Source: Solobacterium sp.
GTDB lineage: Bacteria; Bacillota_I; Bacilli_A; Erysipelotrichales; Erysipelotrichaceae
Assembly: GCA_017512555.1 (NCBI GenBank)
Contig: JAFWFE010000001.1
Coordinates: 22,238-86,237, forward strand
Length of the DNA stretch: 64,000 nt
Direction: 5' to 3'
Shown here: positions 7,752-15,985 of the stretch, piece by piece
Layout of the letters: the number at the start of each line of letters is the position of its first letter
How positions within the stretch are numbered: the stretch's first letter is position 1
Made by a program: the position numbers and the translations under genes
The notes under the pieces: generated by a model
Told to the model about the DNA's origin: nothing
Database searches by the model: none
What the model saw: the letters and a program-made list of their open reading frames with translations, nothing else

Positions 7752-8984
7752 ATGCACATGAAGAAGTTCTTATTATTTATCCTGAGTTTTTTCCTGTTGG
7801 GTATACAGTCTGTATACGCAGAGGAAGAAACGTATGAAGGACCGGAAATCTCGGCACCGACAGCGATCCTGATCGATGAGAATACAGGAACAGTTTTATT
7901 GTCAAAGAACAGTAAGGATCACTATGATCCGGCAGGTCTTTCAAAACTGATGGCAGTATACCTGTCCGGAGAAAGCATCAAGTCCGGGAAACAAATCACG
8001 ATGTCATCGGAAACATTTGCGATGTATGACCACAGTGCCGGGGTGATCTGGATCCAGGAGGGGGAAACCCTTACCGTGGAAGATACAGAGTATGCGGCCA
8101 TGCTGGCGAATGCCAACGATACAACTGCGATGATCGCGCAGGAAATGGGCGGACAGGAACAACTTCTGAACCGGATGAACCAGCAGGCAGAGACCTGGGA
8201 ACTGGCTGACACAGAGTTTATGAATATCTACGGATACTCCCAGGAAGGACAATATACCAGTGCCAGAGATATCGCTTTCCTGGTCCGTAAGGCATTGAAA
8301 AACCAGCGTTTCAAGCAGACATTTGAAGCTAGTTCCTATATCATCAAGCCGACGAATCTGCAGGTAAATCAGCGTATTCTGGCCGCAGGATGCGAGATGA
8401 TCCGCAGCGGCGCAGATCACTATGACCTGGCCACAGGATGTAAAGTCGGCTATACAAAAGAAGGCGGTTTTGTGCTGGCGGTCAATGCCCGGAGAGGAAA
8501 TACATCCCTGATTGCCGTAGTTCTCGGAGAAGAGAGTGAAAAAGCATGTTACCGGGATGCCAGAACTCTGCTGGAATATGGCTTTGACCACTACCGTACA
8601 GTCACGATCACCGTGGAAGATATCGGTGAAGAAACCGTGGAAGTCTACGACGGAAGAAAACATACCCACAACGTGATCTTCAGCGCTGAAAATGACTTCA
8701 CCGCATTACTTCCGGTAAGTATTACCGAAGATATGCTGAAATACGAAATCTCTGTTCTCGGCAGGGACAGCTCCAATCCTGAACTGATCCAGGCAGAACT
8801 GATCTTTACCGTGAATGGTACGGAAGTTACCCGGGCAGAGATGAATAAGAGAATTGAAACCTACCAGAATACTATCATTTCCGAAGAGAGTAATCTCCGG
8901 TACTACTTTGATTTGTTCTCCATCGGAGTGTGTGTAGTCTTCTTTGTCTTCCTGGCCGGGAAGAGTCTGCGGCCTCCGCAGTAA
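7752..8984 (+). CDS. PBP5/DacA-type D-alanyl-D-alanine carboxypeptidase homologue with degenerate active-site motifs
   Basis: Signal peptide (start may be ATG 7758: MKKFLLFILSFFLLGIQSVYA), S11 peptidase fold colinear with Bacillus DacA, and a C-terminal membrane anchor. Motifs read AGLSK, NAN and KVG where SxxK, SxN and KTG are expected. Confidence 0.8.
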   Translation: MHMKKFLLFILSFFLLGIQSVYAEEETYEGPEISAPTAILIDENTGTVLLSKNSKDHYDPAGLSKLMAVYLSGESIKSGKQITMSSETFAMYDHSAGVIWIQEGETLTVEDTEYAAMLANANDTTAMIAQEMGGQEQLLNRMNQQAETWELADTEFMNIYGYSQEGQYTSARDIAFLVRKALKNQRFKQTFEASSYIIKPTNLQVNQRILAAGCEMIRSGADHYDLATGCKVGYTKEGGFVLAVNARRGNTSLIAVVLGEESEKACYRDARTLLEYGFDHYRTVTITVEDIGEETVEVYDGRKHTHNVIFSAENDFTALLPVSITEDMLKYEISVLGRDSSNPELIQAELIFTVNGTEVTRAEMNKRIETYQNTIISEESNLRYYFDLFSIGVCVVFFVFLAGKSLRPPQ

Positions 8985-9059
8985 TTGTGTGAACTTTATC
9001 GGAAGTTGGATAAAACTATAGGTTTTCTGTAATAAACATGGTATATTCTCACTGTTAAG

Positions 9060-9401
9060 ATGATACGTACGATATTGGTCAACGCTGTATCTCTATTGAT
9101 CCTGGATGTTCTCATGCAGGGGATCTCTTTTGACAGTACTTACGCATTACTTGTTACGGCAGCGGTACTTGGTGTTTTGAATCGTTTCCTTAAACCTGTA
9201 CTGAAAGTAATTACGCTTCCGCTTAACATCATTACCCTGGGTTTATTCTCTTTTGTGTTAAACGGATTCATTCTCAAGACCGCATTATCCTTCAGCGGCA
9301 GTCCCGTAGACACCTTCCCCACAATTATTCTGGCGTCTGTCATTCTGGGTTTCATCAACAGTTTCGTTACAGAATTATTTGGTGAGGATAAGAAAAAATG
9401 A
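9060..9401 (+). CDS. Phage_holin_4_2 / YvlD-family small membrane protein
   Basis: 113 aa with 3-4 TM segments. LNRFLKPVLKVITLPLNIITLGLFSFVLNG is typical of the YvlD family. Confidence 0.7.
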   Translation: MIRTILVNAVSLLILDVLMQGISFDSTYALLVTAAVLGVLNRFLKPVLKVITLPLNIITLGLFSFVLNGFILKTALSFSGSPVDTFPTIILASVILGFINSFVTELFGEDKKK

Positions 9402-9832
9402 ATGTCAGTGTAATTTATTATTCCAGATCCGGGAATACCGCGAAAATTGCCCAGGCTGCAGCTTCTGCCTGTGGTGTGGAGGCTATCGATATCGCACAGC
9501 CTCATGTCCTGCCGGATACCGATTTATTGTTTGTCGGAATGGGGATCTATGGTGGTAAACCGGACCAGAATCTGCTGGATTATCTGGATAATCTGCCGGC
9601 TAACAGGATCCATGCGGCGGCGGTGTTCAGTACCTCCGCGTCAGGAAAAGATCGTATGGAACCTGCGATAAACCTGCTGAAACACAAGGAGATTGAAGTC
9701 TATCCCGTACATCTGCGGATGAAGGGTAAATTCCTGTTCTTCAACCGGAAGAGACCCAACAAGGGAGATCTTGTGCGGGTACAGAGGTTTGCGGAAGAAG
9801 TTCTGAAATACTATAGCGAAGAAAGTGATTAA
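9398..9832 (+). CDS. Flavodoxin-like protein
   Basis: VIYYSRSGNTAKIAQ FMN-binding N-terminal loop. 4-nt ATGA overlap with the upstream gene. Confidence 0.7.
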   Translation: MNVSVIYYSRSGNTAKIAQAAASACGVEAIDIAQPHVLPDTDLLFVGMGIYGGKPDQNLLDYLDNLPANRIHAAAVFSTSASGKDRMEPAINLLKHKEIEVYPVHLRMKGKFLFFNRKRPNKGDLVRVQRFAEEVLKYYSEESD

Positions 9833-9874
9833 GTCCTGTATGGACTTTTTCTTTAATGGTATAATACTTGAAGT

Positions 9875-10321
9875 ATGAAAATTGTAATTCAAAGAGTATC
9901 GGAAGCTTCCGTAACCATTGATGGTACTGTACACGGAAAGATCGGAAAGGGATTCCTTCTGCTTGTCGGTGTCACCGATGCGGATAACGAACAAACCGCA
10001 AGAAAAATGGCAGATAAACTCAGTAAACTGCGTATCTTTGAGGATGAACAGGGAAAGATGAATCTCTCACTGACACAGGTCGGAGGCGAGATCTTATCCG
10101 TATCGCAGTTCACGTTACTGGCAGATTGCCGCAAGGGAAACCGTCCGAGTTTTACCGGTGCGGGAAGTCCTGAACACGCAGAGAAACTCTATCTTTATTT
10201 GAATGAGTATCTGAGAAGTCTTGGCTTTACCGTGGAAGAGGGAATTTTCGGCGCGGAGATGAAAGTAAGATTGCTGAACGACGGACCGGTGACGATCCTT
10301 CTGGATTCCAATCAGTTATAG
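9875..10321 (+). CDS. dtd: D-aminoacyl-tRNA deacylase
   Basis: MKIVIQRV...SQFTLLADCRKGNRPSF...GAEMKVRLLNDGPVT, colinear with Dtd. Confidence 0.95.
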   Translation: MKIVIQRVSEASVTIDGTVHGKIGKGFLLLVGVTDADNEQTARKMADKLSKLRIFEDEQGKMNLSLTQVGGEILSVSQFTLLADCRKGNRPSFTGAGSPEHAEKLYLYLNEYLRSLGFTVEEGIFGAEMKVRLLNDGPVTILLDSNQL

Positions 10322-10333
10322 AAAGAGGAAGAT

Positions 10334-10549
10334 ATGATCATTCCCGAATATGGACTTAATGATATTGTTGAGATGAAGAAGGAACATCCCTGCCGGAAAT
10401 CCAAGTACTGGAAGATCATCCGCATGGGTGCCGATATCAAGATCAAATGTCAGGGATGCGGAAATGTGATCATGTTCCCACGCCATGAATTTGAACGTAA
10501 ATTGAAGAAAGTCATACAAAGAGCAGAAACAGAGCAGGAGCAGGAATAA
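10334..10549 (+). CDS. DUF951-family protein
   Basis: 71 aa containing HPC...KCQGCG. Shows the conserved position immediately upstream of ychF. Confidence 0.8.
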   Translation: MIIPEYGLNDIVEMKKEHPCRKSKYWKIIRMGADIKIKCQGCGNVIMFPRHEFERKLKKVIQRAETEQEQE

Positions 10550-10552
10550 ACT

Positions 10553-11653
10553 ATGCCGTTGACCGCAGGAATTGTCGGATTGCCGAATGTCGGAAAATCC
10601 ACCTTATTTAATGCCATCACCAACAGTCAGGTTCTCGCGGAGAACTATCCTTTTGCGACGATCAGTCCCAATGTCGGAGTTGTCGAAGTGCCGGATGAAC
10701 GCATGGACAGGATCGTAGAATTATTTCATCCGAAACGTACGATCTATACAACATTTGAGTTTACCGATATTGCCGGACTGGTAAAAGGCGCATCCAAGGG
10801 TGAAGGCCTTGGAAACCAGTTCTTATCGCATATCCGTGAAGTGGATGCGGTATGCCACGTTGTCCGTTGTTTTGACGATGATAACATCATGCATGTGGAG
10901 GGAAATGTAGATCCTCTGCGGGACATCGATGAGATCAATGTAGAACTATGTATTGCGGATCTGGAGACGGTAGAAAACCGGATCTCCAAAGTCCAGAGAA
11001 AAGCACAGACCAAGGAGAAAGGCGCTGCCGAAGAGTATGCCGTACTGACGAAGATGAAGAGTGCTCTGGAAGCCGGCACACCTGTACGTCTTCTGGATCT
11101 GAGTGATTCAGAAAAAGAGATCCTGAAGGGGTTCTCCTTACTCACCTCCAAGCCTGTGATCTACATTGCGAATATGGGCGAAGATGAGATCAACGAACCG
11201 GAGAATAACGCATACTATCAGAAAGTAAAAGCCTTCGCGGATCAGGAAAACAGCGGCTGTATCGCTATCTGCGCAAAGATCGAAGAAGAACTTGCCGGTT
11301 TATCCAAAGAAGAAAAACAGCTCTTCATGGAAGAACTGGGAATCACCAGATCCGGTCTGGACCAGATCATCGTGGAAGCGTATCATCTTCTGGGTCTGCG
11401 TACATTCTTTACCGTAGGTGAACCGGAATGCCGTGCCTGGACATTCAAAGAGGGAATGAAAGCCCCGCAGTGTGCCGGTATTATCCATACAGATTTTGAA
11501 CGTGGGTTTATCCGGGCAGAGATCTACAGTTATGAAGATTTGATAGAGTATAAGACAGAACCTGCCCTGAAGGAACACGGTAAGATCCGTCTGGAAGGCA
11601 AAGAATATGTTATGCGTGACGGAGATATTGTATTCTTCCGCTTTAATGTATAA
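10553..11653 (+). CDS. ychF: Ribosome-binding ATPase YchF
   Basis: GLPNVGKST P-loop, TGS-like C-terminus, full-length colinearity. Confidence 0.95.
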   Translation: MPLTAGIVGLPNVGKSTLFNAITNSQVLAENYPFATISPNVGVVEVPDERMDRIVELFHPKRTIYTTFEFTDIAGLVKGASKGEGLGNQFLSHIREVDAVCHVVRCFDDDNIMHVEGNVDPLRDIDEINVELCIADLETVENRISKVQRKAQTKEKGAAEEYAVLTKMKSALEAGTPVRLLDLSDSEKEILKGFSLLTSKPVIYIANMGEDEINEPENNAYYQKVKAFADQENSGCIAICAKIEEELAGLSKEEKQLFMEELGITRSGLDQIIVEAYHLLGLRTFFTVGEPECRAWTFKEGMKAPQCAGIIHTDFERGFIRAEIYSYEDLIEYKTEPALKEHGKIRLEGKEYVMRDGDIVFFRFNV

Positions 11654-11692
11654 ATGGTAAAATAATAGTGTATTCATATCGGAGGTAAGAAG

Positions 11693-12016
11693 ATGAAACT
11701 GGTTCTTGCGATTGTATCAAACGATGATGCGTCCAATGTATCATCCGCACTGACAAAAGAGAATTATCAGATGACGCGTCTGGCCACAACCGGCGGTTTC
11801 CTGCGCGCAGGAAATACAACCCTGATTGTCGGCACTGAAGATGACAAGGTAGAACGCTGTATTCAGATCATCGGCGAAGAATCCAAACAACGTACGGAAA
11901 TCGTTCCTTCAACCGCCAGTTATGATAACGGACGTTTTGCGTCATTCCCGGTGGAAGTACAGGTAGGCGGCGCTACCATCTTTGTGGTAAACGTAGAAGA
12001 GTTTTATAAGTTATAG
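11693..12016 (+). CDS. darA: Cyclic-di-AMP receptor, PII-like (DarA/YaaQ family)
   Basis: MKLVLAIV...TRLATTGGFLRAGNTTL...VEVQVGGATIFVV closely parallels B. subtilis YaaQ/DarA. Confidence 0.85.
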   Translation: MKLVLAIVSNDDASNVSSALTKENYQMTRLATTGGFLRAGNTTLIVGTEDDKVERCIQIIGEESKQRTEIVPSTASYDNGRFASFPVEVQVGGATIFVVNVEEFYKL

Positions 12017-12024
12017 GAGGTACA

Positions 12025-12046
12025 GCGGAGAATACTCCGCTTTTTT
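12025..12046 (+). terminator. Terminator hairpin
   Basis: GCGGAG (12025-12030) pairs with CTCCGC (12035-12040), followed by TTTTTT (12041-12046). Confidence 0.55.
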
Positions 12047-12550
12047 ATGGAAGTCAGAGAAACACGGACAGAAGACGTTGCGGATGTCATGCGCGTAATC
12101 AATGAGGGTAAGCAGTACTTTAAGGGAAAAGGCATTGATCAGTGGCAGAACGGCTATCCCAACGAGGAGACGATATTGAAAGATATCGAAGAAGGCAACG
12201 GTCTGGTTTTGATCAGAAACAATAAAATTATCGGTACCTGTTATCTGCGTTTTGGTGTAGAAGAAGATTATCTGAAGATAGAAAACGGGGAATGGCTGAA
12301 TGATGAGCCTTACGGTGTTATCCACCGGATTGCCGTGGAGATGGCCGAAAAGGGACAGGGATATGCGGCAGAACTGCTGAAGTATGCGGAGAAGAAAGCG
12401 CAGTCTCTGGGAATACACAATCTCAGAATCGATACACACGAAAAGAACCTGTCCATGCAGAGATGGATCACCAAGAATGGCTTTGTGCGATGCGGAAACG
12501 TCTATATCGGTGGTACTGCCCCGCGTATCGCGTTTCAGAAAAAATTATAA
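12047..12550 (+). CDS. GNAT-family N-acetyltransferase
   Basis: GVIHRIAVEMAEKGQGYAAELL acetyl-CoA binding motif A; about 167 aa. Confidence 0.8.
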   Translation: MEVRETRTEDVADVMRVINEGKQYFKGKGIDQWQNGYPNEETILKDIEEGNGLVLIRNNKIIGTCYLRFGVEEDYLKIENGEWLNDEPYGVIHRIAVEMAEKGQGYAAELLKYAEKKAQSLGIHNLRIDTHEKNLSMQRWITKNGFVRCGNVYIGGTAPRIAFQKKL

Positions 12551-13744
12551 TTTATCTGTATATCCGGAATGAAACAGGTCTTCGGCATATGCCGTAAGAC
12601 TTGTTTTTTCGTTCAGCAGCTTTCCTTCTATGACTTGTTCCAAAATAACCTGTAATGCCTTGCCGATCTCCTGGTTCCGGAATCCGATCCGGATCATATC
12701 CTCACCGTTGATCTTCAGGTCTTTCAGCCTGTAACAATCTCCCATATTCTGAATATCTCCGTAGAGCGCCATCATCCTGCTTTTCTGTATAGAATGGTCA
12801 AAGGCAGACTTGAACGTCAGAAGATCACCGAAGGGTGTACGCATGCGGTTGAGCATATACTTGAGGTCTGTACGGTTCTTCAGAGGCATAGCCAGACTTT
12901 GGATCATCTCTTCCGTATGAGCGCAGAATTCCCGGGAAAACTTCATCCTCGTCAGGATTCCATGTACGGAAGCTTCAGGAACCGCCGACAACAGGGCAGC
13001 CATCCGCATTTCCGGTACTGCCGGCAATGTACGTATTTGTTCTGGTACTGCCGCAATTTCAGGCAGAAAGACCTGCAGAACCGGGAGATAACGGGAGATT
13101 ACTTCAGTACCGTGCTGAGCTCCCAGGATGCGTATTAATTCTTCCTGCAGACGTTCAACTGCGATATACCGCAGATCTTCTTTCTTCTGAAAGATCGCGG
13201 TATCGGTTGCCGGTTCAATCGTAAATCCCAGTTCGGCGCTGAAACGGATCGCCCGCATGATCCGCAGTGCATCTTCTTCAAAGCGTTGTGCCGGATCGCC
13301 GACAGTGCGGATGATCTGGTTATCCAGATCCTGGATACCCCCGAAGAAATCCTGTATGCCTGTATCCGGATGATAAACCATTGCGTTGATCGTAAAGTCA
13401 CGCCTGGCGCAGTCTTCCTGCACAGAGCGGGTAAAGATCACATTCCCGGGATGCCGGTGATCTGTATAGGAGTTATCCTGACGGTAGGTGGTGATCTCTG
13501 TTTTTCTTCCCTGCAGGATCACACCGAGAGTCCCGTGTTTCAGACCCTGCGTATTTGTCTGATAATCACGGAAGAGTTCCTGCATTTCTGCCGGAGACGC
13601 ATTGGTGGTCAGATCATAGTCATGGATGGTACGCTCGCAGAGAAAATCCCGTACGGCACCGCCTACGATATAGACTTCATATCCGGCTTGTTCGAGTACA
13701 TGCATACATTCTCTTACATCGTCAGGGATAACCATTCTTTTCAT
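12545..13744 (-). CDS. cca: CCA-adding tRNA nucleotidyltransferase
   Basis: GYEVYIVGGAVRDFL...DYDLTT head domain and RRDFTINAM. Start set at the Met of MKRMVIPDD (13744); the track's 135-aa upstream extension is rejected. Confidence 0.85.
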   Translation of the reverse strand: MKRMVIPDDVRECMHVLEQAGYEVYIVGGAVRDFLCERTIHDYDLTTNASPAEMQELFRDYQTNTQGLKHGTLGVILQGRKTEITTYRQDNSYTDHRHPGNVIFTRSVQEDCARRDFTINAMVYHPDTGIQDFFGGIQDLDNQIIRTVGDPAQRFEEDALRIMRAIRFSAELGFTIEPATDTAIFQKKEDLRYIAVERLQEELIRILGAQHGTEVISRYLPVLQVFLPEIAAVPEQIRTLPAVPEMRMAALLSAVPEASVHGILTRMKFSREFCAHTEEMIQSLAMPLKNRTDLKYMLNRMRTPFGDLLTFKSAFDHSIQKSRMMALYGDIQNMGDCYRLKDLKINGEDMIRIGFRNQEIGKALQVILEQVIEGKLLNEKTSLTAYAEDLFHSGYTDKL

Positions 13745-13806
13745 AGCTTCATTATAAAGGTTTACCGAAATTGAAGTATAATCTATTTGAAAGTGAAGGA
13801 TAAAAT

Positions 13807-14280
13807 ATGAGAATCGGACAATCCACAGATATACATCGCTTGAAAGAAGGCAGAAAACTGATTCTCGGAGGTGTGGAGATCCCGCATACCATGGGTCTGG
13901 ACGGACACAGTGACGCGGACGCGCTGACACATGCGGTCGCGGAAGCGATCCTCGGCGCCTTGGCTCTGGGTGATCTGGGACATTGGTTCCCGGATACGGA
14001 TCCCAAATGGGAAGGAGCGGACTCTCTGAAGATCCTGGCAGAAGTTGTACGGATGATGAAGGAGAGAGGTTACCGTATCGGTAACGTAGACAGTCTGATC
14101 CTGATTGAGAAACCGAAGATGGCTCCGCATATCGAACAGATGCGTACAAACTTTGCCCGGGTCCTGGAGTGTGATATCGATCAGGTATCAGTCAAAGCCA
14201 CACGTGGAGAGAAGATGGGTTTTGTGGGCAGGCAGGAAGGCGTCACCGCGCAGGCAGTAGTACTGCTGGAAAGAATCTAA
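13807..14280 (+). CDS. ispF: 2-C-methyl-D-erythritol 2,4-cyclodiphosphate synthase
   Basis: MRIGQSTDIHRL...GHSDADALTHA motifs. Confidence 0.95.
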   Translation: MRIGQSTDIHRLKEGRKLILGGVEIPHTMGLDGHSDADALTHAVAEAILGALALGDLGHWFPDTDPKWEGADSLKILAEVVRMMKERGYRIGNVDSLILIEKPKMAPHIEQMRTNFARVLECDIDQVSVKATRGEKMGFVGRQEGVTAQAVVLLERI

Positions 14281-14283
14281 AAT

Positions 14284-15498
14284 ATGTTCAGAAAGACATC
14301 GGAACAAAAAGTTCTGCGTGATCCGGTACATGGATATATACACGTGGATTATGAAGTGGTCTGGGATTGTATCAATTCCCGGTGGTTTCAGCGTCTGCGC
14401 CGGATACGTCAGTTAGGCGGTGCCTATACGGTCTATCACACAGCGGATCATACACGTTTTGCGCATTCTTTGGGTGTATACGAGATCGTAAGGAGAATGG
14501 TTACGGAAGTACCGGATCTCTGTGTGGCACTGGATGAGAAAGAAAAGGTTACGGTGATGCTTGCGACATTACTACATGATATCGGGCATGGACCGTATTC
14601 CCATGCGTTTGAGGCAATCTCCCGGATCTCTCATGAAGTATATACCGTGAAGATCATTGAAGAAGATCCGGAAATCTCCGGTATCCTGAATCGCTGTGCG
14701 GAGGGTCTGGCTAAGGATGTTGCGGACGTGCTGCGTAACCAGTACAAGAACCCCTTGTTGTCTCAGCTGATCAGTGCGCAGCTGGATGCGGACCGTATGG
14801 ATTATCTTCTGCGTGATGCGTATTTTACCGGTACAGCCTACGGTGAATTTGATCTTGAGAGGATCCTGCGTACAATGCGTGTCAGCCAAGGATATATCGT
14901 GGTCAAGGAGAGTGGTGTCTATGCCGTGGAGAACTATATCATGGCGAGATATCACATGTACTGGCAGGTATATTATCACCCGGTTGCCCGCAGTTATGAG
15001 AATGTGATCCGCATGTTGTTTACCCGTCTGCGTGATCTTTCTGCCCAGGGCAAGGAGATTCAGACTGTACCGACATTACTGCCGCTGTTAAGCGGAGAAG
15101 AACTGACCCTGGATGAGTTCTTCCCTCTGGATGAGTATACCTGCAGTTATGGTTTCCAGCTTCTTACACAGGACAAAGATCCCATCGCTGCCGACCTTGC
15201 GGAGAGGATCCTGAACCGGAATCTCTTCAAGTATGAGGAGAATACGCCGGAGAACGTGGAACAGATACGTCAGGAGCTGAAGAATTCCGGATATGATGAA
15301 AGATACTACCTGGCGTATGACGAAGTCGGACAACGCCCGTATGTCCCTTATCAGGGGGAAGACAACAAGGCAATCTGGATCCTCATGCGTACAGGGAAGA
15401 TCGAAGAACTATCCAAAGCTTCTGCTATTGTCACAGGTCTGGTCAGAGGACCGGTACTCAGTGATGACCGGATCTTCTATCCATTGATGAGAAAATAG
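14284..15498 (+). CDS. HD-domain phosphohydrolase (YwfO/SAMHD1-like family)
   Basis: DPVHGYI...RLRRIRQLG...HTRFAHSLGV...LLHDIGHGPYSH. Confidence 0.85.
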   Translation: MFRKTSEQKVLRDPVHGYIHVDYEVVWDCINSRWFQRLRRIRQLGGAYTVYHTADHTRFAHSLGVYEIVRRMVTEVPDLCVALDEKEKVTVMLATLLHDIGHGPYSHAFEAISRISHEVYTVKIIEEDPEISGILNRCAEGLAKDVADVLRNQYKNPLLSQLISAQLDADRMDYLLRDAYFTGTAYGEFDLERILRTMRVSQGYIVVKESGVYAVENYIMARYHMYWQVYYHPVARSYENVIRMLFTRLRDLSAQGKEIQTVPTLLPLLSGEELTLDEFFPLDEYTCSYGFQLLTQDKDPIAADLAERILNRNLFKYEENTPENVEQIRQELKNSGYDERYYLAYDEVGQRPYVPYQGEDNKAIWILMRTGKIEELSKASAIVTGLVRGPVLSDDRIFYPLMRK

Positions 15499-15509
15499 AC
15501 AAAGACATC

Positions 15510-15540
15510 GGGCAAATCAATGTCCGGTGTTTTTTTCTGT
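15510..15540 (+). terminator. Rho-independent terminator
   Basis: ACATCGG pairs with CCGGTGT (one G-U pair), followed by a run of 7 T. Confidence 0.6.
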
Positions 15541-15562
15541 GTAAGAATATCTGGTTTCTGTA

Positions 15563-15590
15563 TTGACAAGCCGTCTTTCCCAAATATAAT
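15563..15590 (+). promoter_or_regulatory. Sigma-A promoter of the DUF1934-argS-rpoE unit
   Basis: TTGACA at 15563-15568, 16-nt spacer, TATAAT at 15585-15590. Confidence 0.6.
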
Positions 15591-15607
15591 ACTTAAGAGA
15601 AATTATT

Positions 15608-15982
15608 ATGAAAATTCACATAAAACTGATACAATACGATCAACTAAGTCATACCAGTACAGTACTTGCGGATGATCTTGGAGATATCTATCAGGGAAAG
15701 CTTACGTACAGAGAAAACAGTTCGGATCATATCACTCATGAGATCTTATACGGACAAGGACACTTTGTCCTGAAGCGTATATCAAATCTGATCAGTGAAA
15801 CAGACCTGATCCTGAAAGAGAAGAGTTTTGCCAGAGTATTAAGCCCTTACGGAGTAATGATGCTGGAAACCTATATGGACCGTTGTGAACTCAGTGAAAA
15901 ACGCTGGGAGATCGAATATCATATCCTTCAGGAGGATGTGCCGGTAACACATCAGATCCTGATCTGGGAATTTGGAGAGTAA
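15608..15982 (+). CDS. DUF1934 (YwiB-like) protein
   Basis: 124-aa beta-rich protein in the conserved position directly upstream of argS in Bacilli-like genomes. Confidence 0.6.
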   Translation: MKIHIKLIQYDQLSHTSTVLADDLGDIYQGKLTYRENSSDHITHEILYGQGHFVLKRISNLISETDLILKEKSFARVLSPYGVMMLETYMDRCELSEKRWEIEYHILQEDVPVTHQILIWEFGE

Positions 15983-15985
15983 CTT

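Noticed and set aside
9060-9401. Holin-family protein as evidence of a prophage
   Set aside because: No lysin, capsid, terminase, integrase or other phage genes are nearby. The YvlD/Phage_holin_4_2 family is widespread in non-phage chromosomal contexts.
13745-14149. 135-aa N-terminal extension of the cca ORF in the track (534 aa total)
   Set aside because: The extension is low-complexity (Pro/Ser/Arg-rich) and runs antisense through the well-supported ispF gene. The nucleotidyltransferase homology begins at MKRMVIPDD (13744).
14284-15498. HD-domain (SAMHD1-like) protein as an anti-phage dNTPase defence gene
   Set aside because: It sits in a conserved housekeeping neighbourhood (ispF, argS) and resembles the ubiquitous YwfO-type HD protein. 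There is no island context.
15499-15607. T-box leader upstream of the argS unit
   Set aside because: The intergenic region is only about 110 nt and is accounted for by a terminator and a promoter. There is no T-box sequence or specifier stem.
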